Positions 1-10,079 of a stretch of DNA of 64,000 nucleotides are shown here, in pieces. The translations under genes were made by a program, and so were the position numbers. The notes below the pieces were generated by a model. That model was given only the letters and a program-made list of their open reading frames with translations. It ran no database searches and had not been told where the DNA came from. Numbering within the stretch: the first letter of the stretch is position 1; each line of letters starts with the position of its first letter. Source of the DNA: an uncultured delta proteobacterium (GTDB taxonomy: Bacteria > Desulfobacterota > Syntrophia > Syntrophales > Smithellaceae); contig CAIVQG010000051.1 in NCBI GenBank assembly GCA_903907985.1, forward strand, positions 11,271 through 75,270, read 5' to 3'.

Positions 1-1643
1 ATTTGTTTTTCCCCTGTCGCCAAATAGTCTTTCATAATGATCGGTTCACCGATATTGACATAAACCTTGCCAAAGCGTTTGCGGAGGATATTGCCACTTT
101 TAATTATGTCTGCCGTGTTTTCATTAACTTTGGGGGCTCCCGTAAGCTCCTTCAGATATGATTTTTCCTCGATTACCCGGTCATAACCGATATAAACGGG
201 AATAGCAGCAAAATTATCGCAGTATTTTTCCTGATAGGCCTGCAAAACCATGGAAAGAAGTCCGTACTTGGGTATTACCATTTTTCCGGTGCGGCTGCGG
301 CCTCCTTCAATAAAGAATTCCAGCGGCAAACCTTCTTTTAAAAGAATGGCAATATACTTGGCAAATACTTCTGAATAAAGAGCATTGCCCCGGAAACTGC
401 GCCTCAGAAAAAAAGCGCCGGATTTACGAAAGACATAACCCAGCGGGAAAAAAGACAGATTGCTTCCCGCCGCAATAAACGGCAACTGAATGTTATATTT
501 ATAGAACAAATAGGATAGCAGCAGATAATCGATATGACTCCTGTGACAAGGAACAATGACAAAAGGCATTTTTTTGGAAACATTCCTGATCTTTGCTAAT
601 CCTTCCATGTCCAGTAATACACCGTCATAGACAGTATTCCAGAGCCAGGTAAGCCCCTTATCCCAAAGCTCAACAAATGTTTCATTGTAATCAGCGGCTA
701 TTTCATACAGATAGCGACGGGCATCTTTTTCCACGACGGCCCGGTCTTTTTTCTCCTTTGCTGCGTAATCGGCAATAAATTGCTTGACTACTTCATCACT
801 CAAGACCATCCCTATTAGTTCTTCCCGGGATTTTAAAGCGGGACCGACAATGCTCGTCTTTTCTTCTTCAATACGGTCGATTAATTCTCCGCGCAGATCG
901 CGAATCATCATCTCCGCAGGAACATCTTTATTTTCATTTAAATAATGGGACATGTTAATCGGCTCTGCCGGAACAACAAAGGCTTTATTCGAGTAGCGCA
1001 TAAAAGTAATCAGGCGACGCAGGGGTCCGGTATGTTCCGATTGGCCGAAAAGTATATTAATCAGGCTCTCATTTTCCTTTTCTCGGCGCCGGCCATAAGC
1101 AACAAGTACCGGTACGATAAAAATCGGAAAATCAACTTTTTCCTGTACTTTACTCAGAGCAATAATGGATTCAGCGGATGATCTGCTTTCAATAAATTCC
1201 GATTCACCCAGATGAATAATAATGCTCTTTCCCCCGGCAACTTCCCGCTCTAGAAAAGCTAATTTGCCCGACAGCGCTTTTTGCTTTTTTCCTAATCTCC
1301 GCAGGAAAGATGACCAGAGAAATTTTATCATCATGGGCAGAGGCTGCCAGAAAGACATATTCATTCCATGACAGTATGATGGCCTTGGCAAATCTTTTCG
1401 CGAGGAAAGTTCATGAATAATGAGGCTGTTGAGCTTGCTTCTTTGTTTTATCGCGTAAACGACGAGACCTTCGGAGGCGAGGTTCTTTATTTTTTCCACG
1501 TATTCATCGGCAATTGATACGCGGGAAAGAAATGTTTTTGCCGGTCGAAATCTTAAAAAATCCTGCCGTTCATAAAGACAACCGGAATAATATTCTTCAT
1601 TTATTTCTGGTGAATCTATTTTTTTTCTTTCGACGCTATTCAA
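1..1643 (-). CDS. plsB: glycerol-3-phosphate acyltransferase, PlsB-like (N-terminal ~547 codons; 3' end runs off the window)
   Basis: My own minus-strand translation is open from 1643 down to base 1. Acyltransferase blocks VPCHRSHIDYLLLSY (HX4D), FFLRRSF, EFFIEGGRSRTGK and IPVYIGYDRV match the E. coli PlsB blocks. It is absent from the ORF track because it has no stop in the window. An in-frame TGA lies at 1647-1649. There is no in-frame ATG near the 5' end, so TTG at 1641-1643 is the candidate start. Confidence 0.75.
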   Translation of the reverse strand, partial: MNSVERKKIDSPEINEEYYSGCLYERQDFLRFRPAKTFLSRVSIADEYVEKIKNLASEGLVVYAIKQRSKLNSLIIHELSSRKDLPRPSYCHGMNMSFWQPLPMMIKFLWSSFLRRLGKKQKALSGKLAFLEREVAGGKSIIIHLGESEFIESRSSAESIIALSKVQEKVDFPIFIVPVLVAYGRRREKENESLINILFGQSEHTGPLRRLITFMRYSNKAFVVPAEPINMSHYLNENKDVPAEMMIRDLRGELIDRIEEEKTSIVGPALKSREELIGMVLSDEVVKQFIADYAAKEKKDRAVVEKDARRYLYEIAADYNETFVELWDKGLTWLWNTVYDGVLLDMEGLAKIRNVSKKMPFVIVPCHRSHIDYLLLSYLFYKYNIQLPFIAAGSNLSFFPLGYVFRKSGAFFLRRSFRGNALYSEVFAKYIAILLKEGLPLEFFIEGGRSRTGKMVIPKYGLLSMVLQAYQEKYCDNFAAIPVYIGYDRVIEEKSYLKELTGAPKVNENTADIIKSGNILRKRFGKVYVNIGEPIIMKDYLATGEKQ

Positions 1644-1708
1644 TTTTCAGTTCCAATACAATTTCACTGCCCGCCAGCAGCTTATTTTACTTATTGTCCT
1701 GTAAAAAA

Positions 1709-3490
1709 TCAATCTTCTTCTTTTTGAAATTCTTTGGGAAAATGCTGTTTCATATAATCCTGCACATATGCACGTACTTCGGAAGCAACACTAAAAGACA
1801 TGGCATTCTTCAGCAGCACCTTTGCGTCTTTGAGGCTTGATGCCCTTATTATTCGCTTAATGCGAGGGATAGCTAAATGGTTCATACTTAATTCATCCAG
1901 TTCCATCCCCAAAAGGATCAGGCAACACATCGGATCGCCGGCCATTTCCCCACACATTGCCACTCTTATCTTCGCTTTATGAGCTGAATCAACCACTCTT
2001 TTTAAAAGTAATAAAACAGCAGGATGCAGCGGTTCATATAGATACATCAAATGTTCATTAGCACGGTCAATGGCCAGAGCATATTGAATCAGATCGTTTG
2101 TCCCAATGCTGAAAAAATCAACTTCCCGCGCCAGTTTATCGGCAAGCACAACGGCAGAAGGCACTTCGATCATCGCGCCAATTTCCATATCCGGCGCAAC
2201 TTTTAAACCCTCAGCGATGAGTTCTGCTCTTGCTTCCTGCAGCAATTTTTTTGCTTCTCTAATTTCCTCAATTCCCGAAATCATAGGGAAAAGGATTTTA
2301 GTTTTTCCTATGGCACTGGCACGCAGTATAGCCCTCAATTGCGTTTTGAATAGATCAACTTCTTTCAAACAAAAACGAATCGCCCGCAACCCCATTTGCG
2401 GATTTAATTCCTTCGCTGGTTTGGAATTGGAGGGGAATTTATCCCCGCCGAGATCAAAAGTTCTAATGGTTGACCAGAGCAATTCTTTAGTTTTTACAAC
2501 CTGGCAATAATTATTGAAATGGTCTTCTTCGGTAGGCAAATCCTCGCTGTTTATATAAATAAATTCTGTCCGGTACAGTCCGATATATTCGGCACCATGA
2601 GTAATTGCCATTGGTATTTCTTCAACAAATTCGATATTTCCGCCAATTTGCACCCGATAGTTATCCAGGGTGACGGCGGGAAGTTTTGCATGGCTGAGAT
2701 ATTCTTTTTTGGAGGCCGCATAATGTGTTTTTTTCTCTTCATACCGGGTGAGCATGTCCGGATAGGGATTAACAATAACCAACCCTGCTGTGCCGTCAAC
2801 AATTAGAATATCTGCTGTTTGCACCATACTCGTGATATTATCCAGCCCGGCCACTGCCGGTATTTCCATGGAACGGGCAACAATCGCCGTATGTGATGTC
2901 CGGCCGCCGATATCAGTGGCAAATCCCCTTACCTTCTCCATTTTGAGCTGCGCGGTATCGGCGGGAGAAATATCCTGGGCAACGACAATAACGTTGTCAT
3001 CAAACCCCCAGACGGTTTCTCTCTTTTTCCCTGAAAGGTTCCGCAATACCCTTTCGGCGACATGCTGAATATCGCTGATGCGACCGCTGATATAAGTATC
3101 TTCAACATCGGCAAATATTTTTTTGTACCGGTCAAGCATCATTCGTACTGCCCATTCCGCATTAATTCCCAATCTGCGGATGTATTTGGTCGTACGGCTG
3201 ATAAATTTCTTGTCTTTCAGAATTAAAATATGAACATCGATGACATAGAGAGGCTCATCAATCTTTGTTTTCCTAACATTTTCCTGAATTTCTAAAAGCT
3301 GACGCTCTGATTCTTTCAGAGCATTTTTAAAACGTTGAATTTCTTTAGGAATGAGTGCTACGTCATCAAGCTTATAAAAAGAAAGCTGAATATCCAGCGG
3401 GTCAAAAAGATAGGCTTTACCGATAACAATGCCCGGGGAAATGCCTATGCCCTTAAGAACCAATGTTTTCTTTTCCTGATATACGCTCAT
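1709..3490 (-). CDS. ptsI: phosphoenolpyruvate-protein phosphotransferase (PTS enzyme I)
   Basis: 593-aa ORF. It has the phospho-His loop GGRTSHTAIVARS and the C-terminal PEP-utilizer motif CGEMAGDP. It lies 9 nt downstream of HPr. Confidence 0.95.
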   Translation of the reverse strand: MSVYQEKKTLVLKGIGISPGIVIGKAYLFDPLDIQLSFYKLDDVALIPKEIQRFKNALKESERQLLEIQENVRKTKIDEPLYVIDVHILILKDKKFISRTTKYIRRLGINAEWAVRMMLDRYKKIFADVEDTYISGRISDIQHVAERVLRNLSGKKRETVWGFDDNVIVVAQDISPADTAQLKMEKVRGFATDIGGRTSHTAIVARSMEIPAVAGLDNITSMVQTADILIVDGTAGLVIVNPYPDMLTRYEEKKTHYAASKKEYLSHAKLPAVTLDNYRVQIGGNIEFVEEIPMAITHGAEYIGLYRTEFIYINSEDLPTEEDHFNNYCQVVKTKELLWSTIRTFDLGGDKFPSNSKPAKELNPQMGLRAIRFCLKEVDLFKTQLRAILRASAIGKTKILFPMISGIEEIREAKKLLQEARAELIAEGLKVAPDMEIGAMIEVPSAVVLADKLAREVDFFSIGTNDLIQYALAIDRANEHLMYLYEPLHPAVLLLLKRVVDSAHKAKIRVAMCGEMAGDPMCCLILLGMELDELSMNHLAIPRIKRIIRASSLKDAKVLLKNAMSFSVASEVRAYVQDYMKQHFPKEFQKEED

Positions 3491-3498
3491 ATTGTTAT

Positions 3499-3768
3499 TT
3501 AATCTTCTCCAAATTTGTTTTCGATCAAATTTTCCAATGCCTTCATTGCTGCCAGCACATCATGTCCCTCAGCCCTTATTGTTAATCTTCCGTTATGAGG
3601 ACAGGCCAAAGTAAGTATCCCCAGAATGCTTTTACCGTTAACTGTTTGTCCATTGCGCTCTATGTAAATATCTGCTTTAAATTGCTGTGCAATTTTCACA
3701 AAGGCTGCTGCCGGACGGGCATGCATTCCCAACTTATTTGTTAATTTAAATGTTTTAATTTCTATCAA
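3499..3768 (-). CDS. ptsH: phosphocarrier protein HPr
   Basis: 89-aa ORF with the His-15 site LGMHARPAA and the Ser-46 region VNGKSILGI. It overlaps the upstream IID gene by 4 nt. Confidence 0.9.
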   Translation of the reverse strand: MIEIKTFKLTNKLGMHARPAAAFVKIAQQFKADIYIERNGQTVNGKSILGILTLACPHNGRLTIRAEGHDVLAAMKALENLIENKFGED

Positions 3769-4529
3769 TTCAAAAAATCTTTCAGTGATATTATAAGAAA
3801 TAATAAAGCTGCACCGTACAAAATATAAATTTGTGAAACTCTTTTTTTAATCAGTATAATGCAAACCAGAATAATGGCAATCGCCGCCAATTTGATTACA
3901 ATATCAGACGAATCAATAAATGACAAACTTCCGTTACTGCAGAGCAAAAAAGCTGCCCACCCGGCTAAAACAATCAAAGAAGCCCACCGAATATTTACGG
4001 CATTGCGCGGCAAATCCAGCATCCTGATGAATTCAATGCCCTGCTTCCCTCTTCGATAGCCTTCGAGAAATCCCTGTAATCTTACCCAGGCATGAGCCGG
4101 CGTATATAATAATAAAAAAGCCAAAGGCGCAAGAACATAACCCCTGTAAGCTAAAACACAAGAAACAATTGCGGCAAAAGGCCGTAGAGCACCCCAGAAA
4201 AAAGTATCACCGATTGCCGCATAAGGCCCTGCTAAAACCTGCTTTATTGCAACGGCATCAGCTGATGAATCATCCCCCATTTCCTTAATATGCTCTTCTT
4301 CCAAACGAACAACCGAACCCGCAACAGATGCCGAAAAATAAGGATGTGTATTAAACATCTGCAAGTGACTGGTTAATAATTTTGCTGCATCTTTCTGTGT
4401 CAGATCCCATTCCCGGATTGCTGGAATCACCGCCATTGCAAAACCCATGTTTTGCATTCTTCGAAAATTTAGCGTTGTCGAGATAAAAAATGACCTCAAA
4501 AAAATCTTAGCTAATACTAAATTATTCAC
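3765..4529 (-). CDS. PTS mannose/fructose/sorbose-family IID membrane component, stand-alone
   Basis: 254-aa ORF. The N-terminal half resembles ManZ/IID (FRRMQNMGFA, FNTHPY) and the C-terminus is hydrophobic and multi-pass. No IIC, IIB or IIA ORF is adjacent. Confidence 0.7.
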   Translation of the reverse strand: MNNLVLAKIFLRSFFISTTLNFRRMQNMGFAMAVIPAIREWDLTQKDAAKLLTSHLQMFNTHPYFSASVAGSVVRLEEEHIKEMGDDSSADAVAIKQVLAGPYAAIGDTFFWGALRPFAAIVSCVLAYRGYVLAPLAFLLLYTPAHAWVRLQGFLEGYRRGKQGIEFIRMLDLPRNAVNIRWASLIVLAGWAAFLLCSNGSLSFIDSSDIVIKLAAIAIILVCIILIKKRVSQIYILYGAALLFLIISLKDFLN

Positions 4530-4779
4530 TATTTTAAGGCCTCAATAGCAATAAACAGTGTATTTTAATGCTTTTTCCAGTAGCATAAAACAATACCGAA
4601 GTCAATTTAATCACAAGGAATACAAGATATTCCAATTTTTCTTGACAAGTGCTTCTTTTGTTGTTAAGGACACGCCGGTTTTCATAAAAATACCATAAGC
4701 GGAGATTTTTTATTCATTTCTTCCGCTAATTTTTAATACCGATTGATTTAAAATGGAAAAATTACTAGGGGGTAGTTAA

Positions 4780-5061
4780 ATGCTTTGTCAGACAGTTAAA
4801 ACAGGATTAGAATGCGCTTTCATGAGCAAAAAAGGCTGTGGGTTTTTTGGAGGCAGCTGCCATGTAATAGTTGATCAATGCATTGAATGCGGCAAGATAT
4901 TAGAATACGAATCAGGAAAATACTGTAAGGTTTATCCGGATCCAACAAGCAAATGGATTAATGGCAAATGCCCGACGGCAACTCATATCAAGCTGGAAGT
5001 TAAAGAAGCGGCACAAAAAGTCAATCCACTCAAAGCTTCAAAGAGAGCAAATAAGAAATAA
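4780..5061 (+). CDS. small cysteine-rich protein (PxxKW-type), function unknown
   Basis: 93-aa ORF with 8 Cys including CIEC, the motif P-T-S-K-W and a Lys-rich tail. An AGGGGG RBS lies about 7 nt upstream. The family name is from my memory of the PxxKW cysteine-rich protein family. Confidence 0.5.
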   Translation: MLCQTVKTGLECAFMSKKGCGFFGGSCHVIVDQCIECGKILEYESGKYCKVYPDPTSKWINGKCPTATHIKLEVKEAAQKVNPLKASKRANKK

Positions 5062-5127
5062 TTTTAATCGCTCAAATAATTATTTGAAACAAGCCTTGCT
5101 TTGGGGGAAGAGATATTTCGATCAAAT

Positions 5128-5160
5128 AAAAAAGGCGACTAGCAACTAGTCGCCTTTTTT
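5128..5160. terminator. bidirectional rho-independent terminator
   Basis: Sequence AAAAAAGGCGACTAG-CAA-CTAGTCGCCTTTTTT. A perfect 10-bp stem is flanked by an A-run and a T-run, between convergent genes. Confidence 0.8.
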
Positions 5161-5161
5161 C

Positions 5162-5500
5162 TCAGCTGATCATATTTCTTATTTGCTGTAATTCGTGTTT
5201 AATTAAGAGCAATTTTTCTCTATCGACAACTTTTAATTCCGGATCACCTTCTCCCCGCATTTTGGCGAGTTGCTTTTTGGCTCCGTCAATTGTAAAACGC
5301 TGCGAATAAAGTAAATTCCTGATCGTTAACAATTCCTGAACATCTTTTTTGCGGTACAGACGTTGGGCAGACTTTGTGCGCACAGGCTTAACCGATTTGA
5401 ACTCTGTCTCCCAGTAGCGAATAACGTAAGACTCAACATCAAGAATTTTGCTTACTTCTCCAATACGGAAATAGGCCTTTTCGGGAATAATTGTTTCCAT
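5162..5500 (-). CDS. MerR-family transcriptional regulator
   Basis: 112-aa ORF. The N-terminal HTH YFRIGEVSKILDVESYVIRYWETEF is typical of MerR. The helical C-terminus is short and shows no obvious effector domain. Confidence 0.8.
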   Translation of the reverse strand: METIIPEKAYFRIGEVSKILDVESYVIRYWETEFKSVKPVRTKSAQRLYRKKDVQELLTIRNLLYSQRFTIDGAKKQLAKMRGEGDPELKVVDREKLLLIKHELQQIRNMIS

Positions 5501-5682
5501 AAAATTCCTAAATCCTTACGGCAATATTCCCCACCACACTTTTAAAATTATCGTCCGGAAAAGCGGCTATTTTATTCGCTATGCTTCCGATAGAACACAT
5601 AAGACAAACAATTTATATTTAGAAATCATCTAGCAGGATTTCTAAAGCACGGAGGAATGCGTATACATGGATTCGGTTATTG

Positions 5683-5955
5683 CTAGTTCAGGGCTTTACG
5701 CAATACCTGAGAGGATTTAAATGTTAGAACCCTCCGGGCCGTAATGGATATTTCCTGACCAGTCTGAGGATTACGGCCACGACGTTCTCTTTTTTCTTTT
5801 ACGACAAAATTACCGAATCCTGAAATCTTCACTTTGTCGCCTTGGGCAAGACTGTCTTTAATAATGTCAAATACAGATTCAACGATATCTGCCGACTCTT
5901 TTTTGGAAAAACCAAGCTTCTCATAAACATTTTGAATAATATCAATCTTCGTCAT
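5683..5955 (-). CDS. ihfA: integration host factor alpha / HU-IHF family DNA-binding protein
   Basis: 90-aa ORF with the HU/IHF arm GFGNFVVKEKRERRGRNPQTGQEI. It sits directly downstream of pheT, as ihfA does in many genomes. Confidence 0.8.
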   Translation of the reverse strand: MTKIDIIQNVYEKLGFSKKESADIVESVFDIIKDSLAQGDKVKISGFGNFVVKEKRERRGRNPQTGQEISITARRVLTFKSSQVLRKALN

Positions 5956-5984
5956 TTCTTTTCCTCCGTTTTAGCTTCGTATGA

Positions 5985-8396
5985 CTATTCGCCTCTAACT
6001 TTTGCACCAGTCAATTGAATGGTGTTGCGCACAATCTTTTCGTGGACATAATTTACTTCAACATCGGTCAATGTTTTATCCGGTGCGCGATAAGAAAACC
6101 GCAATCCCAGACTTTTCGTTTCTTCAGCAAGACCTTTGCCTGTGTATATATCAAAAATAACAACATTTTCAAGTAAATCTTCTTTCTGACGCAAAACAAT
6201 ATCCAACAGATAATCTGTTTCCACATCGGTGCCGATAACAAAAGCTACATCCCGTGTCACTGCCGGATATTTTGATATTTCTTTATAAGTAATACCGCCG
6301 GCATTATGGGCGGCCAGCATATCCAAATCAATTTCAAATACATAGGAGTTTATTTTTAAATCCATTTTATCCTGAACATCAGGATGCAACTCGCCTAAAT
6401 AACCTATTTTACTGTCATTTAAAAAGATATTGCATGATTTTCCGGGATGTAAAAACGTCTCCGGATTTCCCGAGCGGTACTGGCAATTGTCTATTTTCAA
6501 ATCAAAAAACATATTGGCAATACAGCCTTTTAGATCATAAAAATCTACATTCCGCTTGGAATTCCATAAATCTTCGCCAGATGTTCCGGATAAAAGTCCG
6601 GCCAGAATATTTCTTTCTTCCGGCAGTTTGCCTTCACCGCGGGCAAGAAAAGTTCTGCCCATTTCAAAAAGCTTTAAATGAATGCAGCCATTGTTGGCGT
6701 TCTTTTTCAGAGTATCGATCAGGCCGAAAACCATCGTTGTCCGCATAACCGATTGATCTTCCACTAACGGATTCTTAATATGAACCAGACGTCGTCTTTC
6801 ATCGTTTTCTTTCAGACAGAGATAATCGATAGACAACGGAGTGATAAAACTGTAGTTGACAACTTCATTGTAGCCGTTACCAGTCAACAGACAGCGAATT
6901 CTTTCTTCCAGCTCGAGGCGGGGAATGGTAACCATCTCGGCAACAGACACGCTAGGCAGTGTTACCGGCACACGGTCATAACCATAAAGACGGGCAACTT
7001 CCTCGATCAAATCTACTTCTCTCGAAATATCAACACGATATGTCGGTGGTGTGACAAGATATTTTCCCTCTTCCGTTTCCCTGATATTCATCCCGATGCT
7101 CTGTAAAATCTTTACCACATCTTCGCTTTTAATTGACATACCGATTATTGCGTTGATCCGGCTGAGCCTCAAGGGAATATCCGTGGCGGCGGGAACTTTA
7201 ACCGGATATTCGTCAATATAGTTTTTACATATGCTGCCGCCCGAAAGATTGGCAATCAATGTGGCGGCGCGATTTAATGCTCCCAATACTCCTTCCGGAT
7301 CTATTCCCCTTTCAAAACGGAAAGCAGCGTCCGTGGACATGGCCAGTTTTCTTGCCGAACGGCGGATTGCGGACGGATTAAAATAAGCGCTCTCCAGCAA
7401 CACGACCGAAGTATCATCCTTTACTTCCGAATTGAGTCCTCCCATAATGCCGCCAATGGCAACGGGCTTTACGCCATCACAAATCAGTAGAGTGTCCGCA
7501 TCCAGTTTCCGGCTCTTGCCGTCAAGAGAGATAAATTCTTCATCCTGTTTCGATTTACGGACAACAATACGGTCTTCTTCCAGGAAACGAAAATCAAAAG
7601 AGTGCAAGGGTTGCCCCATCTCCAGCATGACGAAATTTGTCACATCTACCACGTTATTGATAGAACGCAATCCCACGGCTTCGAGCCTTGTTTTCATCCA
7701 GACAGGCGTTGGACCGACCTTAACATCTTTAATCATTCTTGCCGTATAGCGGGGACAAAAATCGGCATCAATTATTTTAACGGATGTTATCGTATTAATA
7801 TCTTCTGCCGATTCCCGTATATCGTAAGCTTTTATTTTTATTTTTTTACCGGTGATCGCCGCCACTTCCCGCGCAATACCGATCATGCTGAGGCAATCAG
7901 CGCGATTCGGTGTTATGCCGACATCGAAAACCGTATCGCCCAGATCGAGAATCTCTTCCAGTGGTTTCCCCAGCGCAGTATCGGGCGGCAATTGCATTAT
8001 TCCCGCAGCACCATCACCGACTTCCAGTTCCGCTTCCGAACATAACATGCCATCCGATTTTTCGCCGCGCAAAACAGATGATTTAATTGTATAGCCGCCC
8101 GGGATTGTTGCTCCAACTCTTGCCAGAGGCACAATATTCCCGGCTTGAATGTTTTTTGCGCCGCACACGATAGGATAGGTTTGCAAACCGTCAGTTACTT
8201 CACAAAGGGATAATTTATCGGCTGACGGATGAGGTCTGACAGAAAGAATTGCAGCAGTAACAACTCCGGTAAATGGCGGTTTAATTAGTTTTATTTCGTC
8301 AACTTCCAGACCGGCCATCGTCAACGACTCTGCCAGTTCAGGAGCTGTTAAATCAACATCTACATAATCTTTGAGCCATTTGAGACTAACCAGCAT
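5985..8396 (-). CDS. pheT: phenylalanine--tRNA ligase beta subunit
   Basis: 803-aa ORF. It has an N-terminal tRNA-binding OB region, B3/B4-B5 core and an FDX-ACB-like C-terminus. It follows pheS. Confidence 0.95.
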   Translation of the reverse strand: MLVSLKWLKDYVDVDLTAPELAESLTMAGLEVDEIKLIKPPFTGVVTAAILSVRPHPSADKLSLCEVTDGLQTYPIVCGAKNIQAGNIVPLARVGATIPGGYTIKSSVLRGEKSDGMLCSEAELEVGDGAAGIMQLPPDTALGKPLEEILDLGDTVFDVGITPNRADCLSMIGIAREVAAITGKKIKIKAYDIRESAEDINTITSVKIIDADFCPRYTARMIKDVKVGPTPVWMKTRLEAVGLRSINNVVDVTNFVMLEMGQPLHSFDFRFLEEDRIVVRKSKQDEEFISLDGKSRKLDADTLLICDGVKPVAIGGIMGGLNSEVKDDTSVVLLESAYFNPSAIRRSARKLAMSTDAAFRFERGIDPEGVLGALNRAATLIANLSGGSICKNYIDEYPVKVPAATDIPLRLSRINAIIGMSIKSEDVVKILQSIGMNIRETEEGKYLVTPPTYRVDISREVDLIEEVARLYGYDRVPVTLPSVSVAEMVTIPRLELEERIRCLLTGNGYNEVVNYSFITPLSIDYLCLKENDERRRLVHIKNPLVEDQSVMRTTMVFGLIDTLKKNANNGCIHLKLFEMGRTFLARGEGKLPEERNILAGLLSGTSGEDLWNSKRNVDFYDLKGCIANMFFDLKIDNCQYRSGNPETFLHPGKSCNIFLNDSKIGYLGELHPDVQDKMDLKINSYVFEIDLDMLAAHNAGGITYKEISKYPAVTRDVAFVIGTDVETDYLLDIVLRQKEDLLENVVIFDIYTGKGLAEETKSLGLRFSYRAPDKTLTDVEVNYVHEKIVRNTIQLTGAKVRGE

Positions 8397-8432
8397 AACG
8401 CAAGGCTCTCCTAAAATAAGCCGTAACGGCCC

Positions 8433-9449
8433 CTAAAATTGTCTGAGGAATCGAATATCGTTTTCAAAAAATAAGCGAATATCAGAAATGCCATATTTAA
8501 GCATCGCAATGCGTTCCAGACCAAGACCAAAGGCAAAGCCAGTGTATTCTTCCGGGTCATAACCGACATTTTGAAACACTGCCGGGTCAACCATACCGGA
8601 CCCGAGAATCTCCAGCCAGCCGCTTTGTCCACATACCCGACAACCGCGCCCAGAGCACATTACACAGCGTATATCCACTTCGGCAGACGGTTCAGTAAAA
8701 GGGAAAAAGCTGGGACGGAAACGAAGCGTTGTCTTATCACCAAATACTTTTTTAAGAAATGAAGTTAAAATACCTTTTAAATCAGCGAAACTAACACCAC
8801 GATCTACCAGCAGGCCTTCCATTTGGTGAAACATTGGCGTGTGGGAGATATCGGAATCGGGACGGTAAACCCGACCGGGAGACAAAATGCGGACAGGTGG
8901 TTGTACTTTTTCCATTATCCGGATCTGAACCGGCGAAGTATGCGTCCGCAAAACTACGTTTTCTTCGATGTAAAAAGTATCCTGCATATCCCGCGCCGGA
9001 TGATCCTTCGGAATATTCAGTGCTTCAAAGTTATAATAATCGAGCTCTACTTCCGGACCTTCAACAACGGAAAAACCGAAAGATGCAAAGATGGCGCATA
9101 TTTCACGACGCACTTGAATTACGGGATGGATACGGCCACAGGGAACAAAACGCCCGGGTAAAGTGACATCAATTTTTCCTTTAAGCAGGATGTCTTCTTT
9201 TTTCCGGCCCAGCTGGAGCTTAAGGGCATCCTCAATTTTGGAAGTAAGGTATTCCTTCACTTCATTACAGCGTTTCCCGAACAGAGCTTTCTCTTCACCC
9301 GTAAGCCCCGCAATGTTTCTTAAAAGTCCCGTCAGGAGTCCTTTACGGCCCAGATATTTTGCCCTAACAGCCAGAAGTTGTTCTTCAAGTGTTGCCGTTG
9401 CTAATTCGGCAAGAGCATCTTTTTCCAGCTGTTGAAGCTCACCAATCAT
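8433..9449 (-). CDS. pheS: phenylalanine--tRNA ligase alpha subunit
   Basis: 338-aa ORF with class II motifs [16 protein letters not shown] and [14 protein letters not shown]. Confidence 0.95.
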   Translation of the reverse strand: MIGELQQLEKDALAELATATLEEQLLAVRAKYLGRKGLLTGLLRNIAGLTGEEKALFGKRCNEVKEYLTSKIEDALKLQLGRKKEDILLKGKIDVTLPGRFVPCGRIHPVIQVRREICAIFASFGFSVVEGPEVELDYYNFEALNIPKDHPARDMQDTFYIEENVVLRTHTSPVQIRIMEKVQPPVRILSPGRVYRPDSDISHTPMFHQMEGLLVDRGVSFADLKGILTSFLKKVFGDKTTLRFRPSFFPFTEPSAEVDIRCVMCSGRGCRVCGQSGWLEILGSGMVDPAVFQNVGYDPEEYTGFAFGLGLERIAMLKYGISDIRLFFENDIRFLRQF

Positions 9450-9805
9450 GCCGCCTGCTCACCACTCGCCAGAACAACAACCTGGGCAAAACCTTGAGGA
9501 TCATTGACAGCAAGTTCCGCCAGTATCTTACGATCCAATTCGATACCGGATTTCTTCATACCATCAATCAAACGGCTATAAGAAATATTATTCAGACGGG
9601 CAGCCGCATTAATACGCGCAATCCACAACTGACGAAATTCCCGTTTTCTCGCCCGACGGTCGCGATAGGAATATTTCATCGCCTTGTTTACGGCTTCGGT
9701 AGCTGTCCTGATCAGGCGGCTACGGGCTCCAAAAAAACCTTTAGCCCGCTTTAATATCTTTCTTCTTCTCTTTTGGGCATTGACGCCCCTTTTCACCCTT
9801 GACAT
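9446..9805 (-). CDS. rplT: 50S ribosomal protein L20
   Basis: 119-aa ORF with the N-terminus [24 protein letters not shown]. It overlaps the pheS start by 4 nt. Confidence 0.95.
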   Translation of the reverse strand: MSRVKRGVNAQKRRRKILKRAKGFFGARSRLIRTATEAVNKAMKYSYRDRRARKREFRQLWIARINAAARLNNISYSRLIDGMKKSGIELDRKILAELAVNDPQGFAQVVVLASGEQAA

Positions 9806-9850
9806 TTGCTCTTCTCTCCTAGTCTAAAACCAATATAATTGTCATTATTT

Positions 9851-10051
9851 TTACAGATAAGGAATAAGCCTCTTGATTTCATTGAAGTTGGCGGAATGAA
9901 CCAGCGCACCTTTCCTTAAAGCCCTCTTCTTCTTTGTTGTTTTCTTGGTGAGGATATGACTGGCAAAAGCCTTACTGCGTTTAACCTTTCCGTTAGCGGT
10001 CAGCGAAAAGCGTTTGGCAGCCCCCCGATGTGTTTTTAGTTTTGGCATCAA
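9851..10051 (-). CDS. rpmI: 50S ribosomal protein L35
   Basis: 66-aa ORF containing [14 protein letters not shown]. The second Met may be the true start. Confidence 0.9.
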   Translation of the reverse strand: MMPKLKTHRGAAKRFSLTANGKVKRSKAFASHILTKKTTKKKRALRKGALVHSANFNEIKRLIPYL

Positions 10052-10079
10052 ATCACCTCTTTAATTATCATTATTGCTG

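Noticed and set aside
945-1840. Plus-strand ORFs 945-1181 and 1514-1840.
   Set aside because: They are antisense to the plsB-like frame and to the ptsI 3' end. They are low-complexity and Phe/Leu/Asn-rich.
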